Below, piece by piece: positions 36,945 through 47,699 of a stretch of DNA of 64,000 nt (positions are counted from its first letter, which is position 1; each line of letters begins with the position of its first letter). Position numbers and translations under genes: made by a program. The stretch is from contig NW_025767247.1 of assembly GCF_003918875.1 (NCBI RefSeq), forward strand, positions 372,001 through 436,000, written 5' to 3'. This DNA is from Haliotis rubra. Lineage: Eukaryota. Below the pieces are notes generated by a model. That model searched no databases and was not told the DNA's origin. It was given only the letters and a program-made list of their open reading frames with translations.

Positions 36945-39900
36945 GTACTGACTGTACTGTTGTATTGAACATAGCTGTTTGGGTACTGACTGTAGTTTGG
37001 TTTGTTGTGGGAACTGACTGTATAGTGTTGTGTTGTGGGTACTGACTGCATTGTGGTGTGTTGTGGGTACTGACTGCATTGTGGTGCGTTGTGGGTACTG
37101 ACTGTCACCGGACCGTATTAGAAAACGACCTACCAGGCACGACTGCACCGGACCGTATTGCGGACGACCCCAGCCAGGTATGACCGACCGTATCAGGCGG
37201 ATAAAATAACGGACCGGCACCGATCGTATTGCGGGTAACCCGGACCGTATCGGTGGTCAAAATCGACCGTACTTGCGGCATTGACCGGTATCAGGAAAAC
37301 GGAAGCACCGACCGTATAGTGGTAACGGACCGTATAACGGACCGAACCGAACACCGACCGGAAGGACCGGAAGCGGACCGAATAACGGACCGGACTGTAA
37401 CTGTGGAACGGTGGCCCGGACCGTATCAGGCACCGGACCGTATTGCGGTGCCAGGGTACCGGACCGGCACCGGATCTCGTAGTGGTGGCACCGACCGGAA
37501 GAAAATTGACCAGCAACCGATCCGTATCAGGTGCGGCCATAACGGACCCGGAATAACGACCGGTAATAACGGACCAGTGCCGGACCGTATTGAAGAAATA
37601 CCCGACCGGTACCGGTGGAACGGTGGACACCGACCGAAGAAGAACGGACCGTAATGACCGTACAGTGGTACCGACCGTAGTGGATGGCCAGTGTAACGGA
37701 CCGTAAAACCGAGTCCTGACCGTACCGGACGTGGCACCGGACCGGCACCAGATGCGGGTAACGACCAGTACCAGATGTAACTGACCGGTACCAGAAACGC
37801 CAGTACCGGACCGGAAGAAACGGACCGTAATACGGACCGTATTGCACCCGGATCGTGGCACCGACCGTAATAACCGACCACAGGATCCAGACCAGGAACT
37901 GAAAATAACGGACCGGAAAACGAACTGGCACCCGGACAGCGACCGGACCGTAGCGGACGGATTGACCGTGGTAGTACCGGACGGAAATGGACGAAAACGG
38001 ACAGCGGTAACGGACTGACAACGGACCGGTATTGCAATACCGTAAAATCGATCCCCGAACGGACCGTATTGCGCTGGATCGGACCGCATTGAAGTAAATA
38101 ACGGATAGAAGGAATAACGGACCAATACCAGGCCAGGCACCACCACCGGACCTGTATCGACACCGGACCAAATCGTGCTGGCACCGATCGTAACGGACCG
38201 GCACTGGTGGTACCGGACCGTATCGAACCAGGACCACCGTATCGTGCTGGCTGGATAACGGACCGTAGTGGTGGAACGGACCGGACCGGCCGAAAATCCG
38301 AAGACCGGACTGTAGCACCGACCGTATTTGAAGAATGGACCCCGACAGTGGCACCTGACCAGTGGCACCGGATCGCCAGGCCTGTGGGTGGCACCGGACC
38401 GGCACCCGTGACCCACAACGACCAGCCAAACACCGGACGCCAGGAACTGGACTGTACAGGAACCGGACTGTATTGAAGAAAATGGACCGGAACTGTGACC
38501 AAAATCACAGAAGAAAGAAAACACCGAATCTGAATAATGAAGAAAGGGCACCGGTATTTGAGGAAGAAAATGGACAGGCAGGGTGGATCGCCACGGACTG
38601 CACCTGACCAGTGAACACCAATGTGGTGGAATGGACTGTAATGGGAAACGAAAGAAAGAAAATGGATCAGTCAAAGGAAGGAGGGCAATTGACCGAACAC
38701 CAGGAATGGACTGAAATACGGATCAGGACCACAGGCTGGCTGGAAAACGACCAGTGGTGGTGGCACCGACTGTAATATGAAAATCGGACTGGAAGCACCG
38801 GACCCCAGAAACGGACTGGTAGTGGAAGGAATGGAATGGAAGAATGGACCACACCGGACTGTAGTGGCACGGACGTTACAGGAAAAGGGCACCGGAAGAA
38901 CGGACTGACAACGGAATGGAAGAATGGACTGGACACAAACAGGCACTGACTGTGGACTGGACTGGTAGTGTGGTGGAATGGAAGAAATGGACCAGTGTGG
39001 GGGGTGGAGCAGGACTGAATGTGGTGGGGAATGGACTGGCTGAAGAAACAGGGAATGGATCAGGAAGAATGAAGAATGGACCAGGAATGGATCTCAGTGG
39101 CACTGGAATGGAAGAATTGGACCGTATTGAAAGAAATAAATTGGACTGTAGTGTGGTAACACAAACATAGGAAAAGCAGGGAATTGACTGTAGTGAAGGG
39201 AATGGAAGAAAGCAGGGAATGGACTGAATTGTGGGAATGGCATGAAGAAATCAGGGAAAATGGACTGGAATGGATCATTGTGGCACTGGATCAGGGAAGG
39301 AATGGATCTGTAGTGGTGGCCAGGGGAATGGATCAGGAATGGATCAGAAGAATGGACCAGTGGAATGGATCAGGGTAACTGGAACTGTAGTTGTGGGTGA
39401 CTGTGTGGGTACTGACTGTAGTTGTGGTGACTGTAGTGTGGTGTGTTGTGGGTACTGACTGTAGTGTGGTGTGTTGTGGGTACTGACTGGGTACTGACTG
39501 TAGTGTGGTGCGTTGTGGGTACTGACTGTAGTGTGTAGTGTGGGGTGTTGTGGGTACTGACTGTACTGTGTGGTGTGTTGTGGGTACTGACTGTACTGTG
39601 GTGTGTTGTGGGTACTGACTGTATTGTGTGTGTGTTGTGGGTACTGACTGTAGTGTGGTGTGTTGTGGGTACTGACTGTACTGTGGGGTGTTGTGGGTAC
39701 TGACTGTAGTGTGGTGTGTTGTGGGTACTGACTGTAGTGTGGTGTGTTGTGGGTACTGACTGTATTGTGGTGTGTTGTGGGTACTGACTGTAGTGTGGTG
39801 TGTTGTGGGTACTGACTGTAGTGTGGTGTGTTGTGGGTACTGACTGTAGTGTGGTGTGTTGTGGGTACTGACTGTATTGTTGTGGTGTGCTGTGGGTACT

Positions 39901-41028
39901 GACTGTAGTGTGGTGTGTTGTGGGTACTGACTGTAGTGTGGTGCATTGTGGGTACTGACTGTAGTGTGATGTGTTGTGGGTACTGACTGTAGTGTGATGT
40001 GTTGTGGGTACCGACCGACTGTATTGTGGTGTGTTGTGGGTACTGACTGTAGTGTGGGGTGTTGTGGGTACTGACTGTAGTGTGGTGTGTTGTGGGTACT
40101 GACTGTAGTGTGGTGTGTTGTGGGTACTGACTGTATTGTTGTGTGTTGTGGGTACTGACTGTAGTGTGGTGTGTTGTGGGTACTGACTGTAGTGTGGTGT
40201 GTTGTGGGTACTGACTGTAGTGTGGTGTGTTGTGGGTACTGACTGTAGTGTGGTGTGTTGTGGGTACCGACCGCACTGTACTGTGGTGTGTTGTGGGTAC
40301 TGACTGGTGTGTTTGTGTACTGACTACTGTGGTACTGTGTGTGGTGTGTTGTGGGTACTGACTGTAGTGTGGTGTGTTGTGGGTACTGACTGTAGTGTGG
40401 GGTGTTGTGGGTACTGACTGTAGTGTGGTGTGTTGTGGGTACTGACTGTAGTGTGGGGTGTTGTGGGTACTGACTGTGTGGTGTGTTGTGGGTACTGACT
40501 GTAGTGTGTGTGTGTTGTGGGTACTGACTGTAGTGTGATGTGTTGTGGGTACCGACCGCACCGTACTGTGGTGTTTTGTGGGTACTGACTGTACTGTGGT
40601 GTTTTGTGGGTACTGACTGTAGTGTGGTGTGTTGTGGGTACTGACTGTAGTGTGTGTGTGTTGTGTTGTGGGTACTGACTGTACTGTGGTGTGTTGTGGG
40701 TACTGACTGTAGTGTGGTGTTTGTGGGTACTGACTGTAGTGTGGTGTGTTGTGGGTACTGACTGTAGTGTGATGTGTTGTGGGTACCGACCGCACCGTAC
40801 TGTGGTGTTTTGTGGGTACTGACTGTACTGTGTGGTTTTTGGGTACTGACTGTAGTGTGGTGTGTTGTGGGTACTGACTGTAGTGTGGGGTGTTGTGGGT
40901 ACTGACTGTAGTGTGGGGTGTTGTGGGTACTGACTGTAGTGTGATGTGTTGTGGGTACCGACCGCACCGTACTGTGGTGTTTTGTGGGTATTGACCGTAC
41001 TGTGGTGTTTTGTGGGTACTGACTGTAC
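36945..41028. repeat. 28-bp minisatellite (gtgttgtgggtactgactgtagtgtggt)n enclosing a 2.3-kb scrambled block
   Basis: Clean units at 36945-37105 and 39400-41028. Confidence 0.9.
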
Positions 41029-41278
41029 TAGAGCGTTGAGCATTGGTGTTTTGAGTAATGGACCTCGCCATCTTGAATTAAGTTCCCTCAATAACTGGGT
41101 AGTTGCTAGATTCAGATGTGGATGACGAATCAAAATTGGTAGAGACACCAAACTGCTCTAAAACTATTTCTTATCGGTTAGGTACGTACTCTAAAAACCT
41201 GAACAACTTGAAATAAGGAGATGTGAAATGAAATATGTTTAAGTTTTATGATATTATTAACCTGTAGTGACGTGGCAA

Positions 41279-41349
41279 TGGAAAACACGCACCTGCTCAC
41301 TGTAGACCTTATATATGACCATCCACGGTGTGGTTTATGGTATATCAGA
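41279..41349 (+). promoter_or_regulatory. Protease core promoter: E-box CACCTG (41290), TATA-like TATATAT (41310), Inr-like TCAGA
   Basis: TATA lies about 35 nt upstream of the Inr-like site next to ATG 41350. Confidence 0.55.
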
Positions 41350-41392
41350 ATGAAGACTCTACTGGTTCTTTGTCTCGGTGTTGCTGTGGTGG
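41350..41392 (+). CDS. S1A serine protease exon 1 (signal peptide)
   Basis: MKTLLVLCLGVAVV-G|gtaagt; phase 1 matches exon 2. Confidence 0.85.
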
Positions 41393-41825
41393 GTAAGTCC
41401 TTAGGTGTATAGTTTATACTGGTGTAATATCCCCAGGCTAGCTGGTGAAGGTAAGTCCTTAGCTGCATAGTGTATACTGGTGTAATATCCCCAGGCTAGC
41501 TGGTGAAGGTAAGTCCTTAGCTGCATAGTGTATACTGGTGTAATATCCCCATGCTAGCTGGTGAAGGTAAGTAAAGAGCTGTATAGTGTATACTGGTGTA
41601 ATATCCCCATGCTAGCTGGTGAAGGTAAGTAAAGAGCTGTATAGTGTATACTGGTGTAATATCCCCATGCTAGCTGGTGAAGGTAAGTAAAGAGCTGTAT
41701 AGTGTATACTGGTGTAATATCCCCATGCTAGCTGGTGAAGGTAAGTAAAGAGCTGTATAGTGTATACTGGTGTAATATCCCCATGCTAGCTGGTGAAGGT
41801 AAGTAAAGAGCTGTATAGTGTATAC
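41393..41825 (+). repeat. 58-bp tandem repeat starting at, and re-iterating, the exon-1 splice donor
   Basis: GTAAGT at 41393, 41451, 41509, 41567, 41625, 41683, 41741 and 41799. Confidence 0.95.
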
Positions 41826-41829
41826 GTGA

Positions 41830-42045
41830 ATGCTGTTGTAATCTTCCACAGCACGTGAAGGCTGTTGTAATCTTCCACAGCACGTGTTTGCTGTTGTGAT
41901 CGTCCACAGCACGTGTTTGCTGTTGTGTTCTTCCACAGCACGTGAAGGCTGTTGTGATCTTTCACAGCACGTGAAGGCTGTTGTGATCTTCCACAGCACG
42001 TGAAGACTGTTGTGATCTTCCACAGCACGTGAAGACTGTTGTGAC
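41830..42045. repeat. 29-bp minisatellite (gctgttgtgatcttccacagcacgtgaag)n
   Basis: About 7 copies. Confidence 0.9.
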
Positions 42046-42134
42046 ATTGTTGATGCATACAACACAAACACTTTGGATTCGACTGACATTTTATGGGCTG
42101 TGTTCAGCCATACTCTTAAAGGAGTTATCAGTTT

Positions 42135-43530
42135 TCCTTCTCCCATACCCAACCTCCAACCCCCCACCACCTCCCGCTCCCCCAGCACGCTCACCATTCC
42201 TTCTCCCATACCCAACCTCCAACCCTCCATCTTTCCCACTCCCCTAACACGCTCACCATTCCTTCTCCCGTACCCAACCACCAACCCTCCACCACCTCCC
42301 GCTCCCCAAGCACGCTCACCATTCCTTCTCCCGTACCCAACCTCCAACCCTCCACCGCCTCCCCTGCTCCCCAGCACGCTCACCATTCCTTCTCCTGTAC
42401 CCAACCTCCAACCCCCACCACCTCCCTGCTCCCCCAGCACGCTCACATTCCTTCTCTCCTGTACCCAACCTCCAACCCCCACCACCTCCCTGCTCCCCAG
42501 CACGCTCACCATTCCTTCTCCCGTACCCAACCTCCAACCCTCCACCACCTCCTGCTCCCCAAGCACGCTCACGATTCCTTCTCCTGTACCCAACCTCCAA
42601 CCCCCACCACCTCCCGCTCCCCAGCACGCTCACCATTCCTTCTCCCATACCCAACCACCAACCCTCCACCTCCTCCCGCTGCCCTAACACGCTCACCATT
42701 CCTTCTCCCGTACCCAACCACCAACCCTACACCGCCTCCCGCTCCCCAAGCACGCTCACCATTCCTTCTCCCATACCCAATCTCCAACCCTCCACCGCCT
42801 CCCGCTCCCCCAGCACGCTCACCATTCCTTCTCCCATACCCAACCTCCAACCCTCCACCGCCTCCCGCTCCCCCAGCACGCTCACCATTCCTTCTCCCAT
42901 ACCCAACCACCAACCCTCCACCGCCTCCCGCTCCCCCAACACGCTCACCATTCCTTCTCCCATACCCAACCTCCAACCCCCACCACCTCCCGCTCCCCCA
43001 GCACGCTCACCATTCTTTCTCCCGTACCCAACCACCAACCCTCCACCTCCTCCCGCTGCCCTAACACGCTCACCATTCCTTCTCCCATACCCAACCACCA
43101 ACCCTCCACCTCCTCCCGCTGCCCTAACACGCTCACCATTCCTTCTCTCCTGTACCCAACCACCAACCCTACACCGCCTCCCGCTCCCCAAGCACGCTCA
43201 CCATTCCTTCTCCCATACCCAATCTCCAACCCTCCACCGCCTCCCGCTCCCCCAGCACGCTCACCATTCCTTCTCCCATACCCAACCTCCAACCCTCCAC
43301 CGCCTCCCGCTCGCCCAGCACGCTCACCATTCCTTCTCCCATACCCAACCACCAACCCTCCACCGCCTCCTGCTCCCCCAACACGCTCACCATTCCTTCT
43401 CCCGTACCCCACCTCCATCCCTCCACCGTCTCCCGCTCCCCCGACACGCTCACCATTCCTTCTCCCGTACCCCACCTCCATCCCTTCACCGTCTCCCGCT
43501 TCCCCGACACGCTCACCATTCCTTCTCATG
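42135..43530. repeat. C-rich minisatellite of about 61-62 bp in protease intron 1
   Basis: Unit cacgctcaccattccttctcccatacccaacctccaaccctccaccgcctcccgctccccag, about 22 copies. Confidence 0.93.
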
Positions 43531-43629
43531 CTTTTTTCTTCCTCTCCCGTGCCCCTTACCTCCTTTCCCGTACCCCCACCTCAACTCCAGCAACTTCCCC
43601 ATCCTGCTAACCATCCCCATCCCGCCAAC

Positions 43630-46085
43630 GAGATATACCGGGTTTAATGATGTTAATAGATTTTGAAAAGCTTTCGACACAGTTTCTAAAGATTTGATTT
43701 ATTCTGTCTTATTAAGATTTGGTTTCGGTCCAGGGATTATACGCTGCATTAATTTGTTAACGTATGATACAACCTCATGTGCTATTCAGAACGGAAATCT
43801 CTCTGATTTCTTTCCTAATGAGCGAGTTGCAGGCAAGGTGATCCATTATCACCATATTTTTGTTTTTTGTGGCTAAAATCCTTGGATGTATGATGAGCCA
43901 AAATAATAAAATGAAAGGTATTGCAATCGGTGAGCAAGAATACGCGTCAGGCCAATATGCTGATGATACAGAGTTATGTTTGGATGGCTCAGGGGATAGT
44001 CTATATGCTGCAATTGATACAATGAATACTTTCCACAATATGTCGGGGTTAAAAATAAATATAGATAAGACTAAGGCAATCTTAAAGCTGGAGGCAGAGA
44101 CATACTTTGTCAAGACGAATATAGAATGGCAAAGAAATGAATTCGAAGTTTTAGGAATTAAATTTACTCCTGACTTAAAGGATCTGTGGGTTATCAACAC
44201 AAGAAAAGGACTGAAAGACAGTAATAGATTACTAGCGACATGGAGAAACAGACAATTGGCATTGCTTGGCAAAAATACTGTTATTAAAACATTGGCTCTT
44301 TCAAAACTGGTGCATATGTTTAATACTTTACGTAAACCACCAGATGAATTTATTATTTCCCTAGAGAGAATATGTTTCAGATTTATTATTTCCCTAGAGA
44401 GAATATGTTTCAGATTTATTATTTCCCTAGAGAGAATATGTTTCAGATTTATTATTTCCCTAGAGAGAATATTTATTATTTCCCTAGAGAATATGTTTCA
44501 GAATATGTTTCCAGATTTATTATTTCCCTAGAGAGAATATGTTTCAGATTTATTATTTCCTTAGAGAGAATATGTTTCAGATTTATTATTTCCCTAGAGA
44601 GAATATGTTTCAGATTTATTATTTCCCTAGAGAGAATATGTTTCAGATTTATTATTTCCCTAGAGAGAATATGTTTCAGATTTATTATTTCCCTAGAGAG
44701 AATATGTTTCAGATTTATTATTTCCCTAGAGAGAATATGTTTCAGATTTATTATTTCCCTAGAGAGAATATGTTTCAGATTTATTTGGGATAATAAAATT
44801 GACAAAATCAGACGGAGCTTTTTGAAAAAAAGGTTATAAAGAAGGAGGTTTACGCTTGATAGATATCAAAACCTTTGTTATTGCCATGAAACTATCCATA
44901 CTCAGACTATATGTCAGAAAAGCAAATGTAAGTAATCCATGCAATTTTCATTAAAAGATATATTAAAGTATGGCGCAAATTTGTAGAATATTGTTGAAAT
45001 TGAAAATCCTTTTTGGAGGAATGTCTGGAAGGCATGGAAATCATATTGTACTAAAAACACCATTGAAGATGATAACATAAATGTAATCTTATCCGAACCC
45101 ATGTGGCTCGATCATAACTTTAAAAACCCAAACCACTTCACTGAGCTCACAAATGAATTTGAATTATTTAGGACTTGTATGATGAACCAGGTTTGGTCTC
45201 TTTTGAAGATCTGCGAACTACATATGGGATAAGGAGTATATATTTAGATCTTGAATATATTTTATATATTTAACATGAATCATGTGAAAAGACCTTAAAA
45301 GGCTACAGATATATGACCTTAATATAAACTCGTTACATGAAGATTTCATGACTTCAGCTAAAGGTTCAAGCAAAGGTAAAAATAAATTGCTGTCTGATAG
45401 TGTTTTCTCACATATCTGCCACAAATAGGAACATTTCTTCACATATATTGATTTTGAATGGCCCTTGATCTTTAATCTATATAGAAAAAATATAAAAGAT
45501 GTTAAACTTTTAGATTTTAAATCTACATTTTTGCATGGAATTGTTTATACAAAAAAAATAACTGGATGAAACTAGTTGATAGTTTGATATGTACTTTCTG
45601 TAATGAAGCGGATAAAAGCATATATCATATATATATATTGGGGATGTGAGGACAAAAGTTGGACTGAACTTCAAATTTGGATTGATCAAAACATACAGGA
45701 ATTGCAACTGACAAAATTTCACGTTTGGTTTGGTACTCTAAGTACTAACCCACTACTTTATCATGCAATACTTTCTGCTAAAAGGCACAACTATATTTGC
45801 ACCCTGAAAAACATAATTCCTAATTTATAAAACTTTATAAAGATTTTAAATGACATATTCATGGTTGAAAACTTTATATCCAAAAGATACTGATAAATTC
45901 TAAAACAAAATGGTTTCCTCTATTCCCATTATTTGATCCAGAATGACCATTGTTAACGGCTGGAATTCGATGTGCAATATATTTTTAGATACATTTGATG
46001 TAGCAGCAATGTATATTCACATACAACTACACATATACTCGAAATTTGTAATGATGGGGGCAATAAAAATAATTTTTTAAAAAGT
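43630..46085 (+). mobile_element. Degenerate 5'-truncated L1/Tx1-clade LINE in protease intron 1
   Basis: IDFEK..FDT, QYADDT, SGLKINIDKTK, GKNTVIKTLALSK, FIWDNKIDK, EGGL; AATAAA near 46062. Confidence 0.9.
44348..44785. repeat. 33-bp minisatellite expanded from LINE ORF2 sequence, about 13 copies
   Basis: (atttattatttccctagagagaatatgtttcag)n, translating as FIISLERICFR. Confidence 0.96.
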
Positions 46086-46187
46086 GTTTGACTTTTCCTT
46101 CTTGACCCATCTGTGTTTTTGTACGGACATGTTTGACTTCCCTCTCCGACGAACGTGTGTATGACTTTTTGATTTTTGTTTCTGCAG

Positions 46188-46365
46188 GTGCCGACGTTGC
46201 CTCGCACATTGTCGGGGGCACAGAGGCAGCTCCTAATACCTGGCAGTGGCAGGGGTCGCTCAGGAAGCTTCGCTCTTCAGGGGAGATAACTCACACCTGC
46301 GGCTGCTCTCTACTGAGCTCCCGTTGGGCTTTGACTGCTGCCCACTGCGTGGATGACACGAACTT
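46188..46365 (+). CDS. S1A serine protease exon 2 (activation site, catalytic His)
   Basis: ctgcag|GT; [40 protein letters not shown]; TT|gtgagt. Confidence 0.95.
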
Positions 46366-46752
46366 GTGAGTACAAGAGTGAGATTAGAGCTTAAAATAAA
46401 TTAAAGTGTTAACAAAACTCACTAGACTTGCCGATTCGATAGGTGACTAAGGTACTTTAGCGACGCCAAACCCAGAGTATTTGTCTGAGAATTTTGCCCT
46501 CATATGTTCATATTTTGAAATATTCCAGCATAATTTTGATCATTCATTATATCGCATACAATGCCCGCGCATAGTACATGGCCAGTAAACAAGCCAGTAA
46601 ATATGCGGCGAGAAGTAAACACCCAAGTAGTTTCATGTGTGTTTTATCTATTGAATGTACGGATGACGAAAGTACAGTGTTGACTGCTGCCCTTTGACCA
46701 GATGGTCTTATTGTGCAGGTAGAGGAAGAAAGTAATCATAATCATTACTCGG

Positions 46753-47247
46753 ACCTGGATCACATTTGCCACGGGCGCCGTATGATAAAGTAATCTACGG
46801 TTTTCAGTACGATGTTTTGTGCTCACATTGTCTACGGGCACCGTGCGATTTCCGTGGTGACAGGCCGCAGCAAACTTGGATGGAAGCTGCACAGAAGACG
46901 TGCGGAGATCGTGCGGTTTCCGAGCGGTCTCCGCAGTTGCTGCATGGACATCGTACTGAGCCCGTGCGGCGTCTCTGGGGAGGCTGAGAGGAGATTGTGC
47001 GGTGATCGTGCGGTGCCCGAGCAGTGCCCGTGCGATACCATCTACGGAATACGGGAAACGAGCTTACGATGTTTTCAGACTTGTCAAACTACACTGTTTG
47101 ACAAAATCGTAGAGGCTACGGCGCCCGTAGATTCGTGCGATAATCGTACGGCCACCGCCACATGGCGACCGCACGGAAATGGAGCTAACGTTTACGGCAG
47201 TTTACGGGCGCCGTAACAAGCCATCACAAGCCGAATGTGAACCAGGC
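46753..47247. mobile_element. Probable MITE (PIF/Harbinger-like termini) in protease intron 2
   Basis: Terminal cctggatcacatt / aatgtgaaccagg inverted repeats; GC-rich interior with recurring acgggcgccgta motifs; no clear TSD. Confidence 0.5.
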
Positions 47248-47413
47248 ATAAATGCCGAACCGACGACACGATTCCACCTGTGTACATGTCTTGTCCAGGA
47301 ATCACTGTCTAATTGTGATGACACCAGGTGCTCGTGGACAGGGGTGCGCATCTTGTTCCACTGGTAACACCCAGCACAGATACACGCACAGTTATGGCAA
47401 TGTTTTTGTGCAG

Positions 47414-47507
47414 GGGTGTCGGCGACTACGAGGTGGTGTTCGGGGCTCACAGTCTCTCAAGCGATAATGGATTCGACCAGAAAGTTGGCGTCTCCAAGTT
47501 CGTCATT
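47414..47507 (+). CDS. S1A serine protease exon 3
   Basis: gtgcag|G GVGDYEVVFGAHSLSSDNGFDQKVGVSKFVI|gtgagt; phase 2-0. Confidence 0.9.
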
Positions 47508-47699
47508 GTGAGTACAATCACAGATTCTGTTTTGATTGTTATTGGACCTATTTTGCTCAAGTTTAACAATAACGTGTTCAGACTCACGTTCGACGCCAAT
47601 CTAACATCTTCATATAACCTCTATATTACCTTATCTCACAGCTGTCTCACTTGTATCTGCCCGTATCTCACTATCTCTCATGTATTGTACCTCTGTCGT

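Noticed and set aside
37193-38674. 493-aa and overlapping ORFs as genes
   Set aside because: Low-complexity, stop-poor scrambled sequence with no domain signature; suspected artefact
42135-43530. Pro-rich/extensin-like or Gly-rich ORFs; regulatory G-quadruplex
   Set aside because: Variable 61-62-bp unit breaks frames; G4 potential is generic to such repeats and has no supporting evidence here
30769-43680. Two LINE copies truncated at nearly the same RT position (just before IDFEKAFD)
   Set aside because: Only two cases; the third copy extends further and the second has no visible TSD, so coincidence or later deletion suffices
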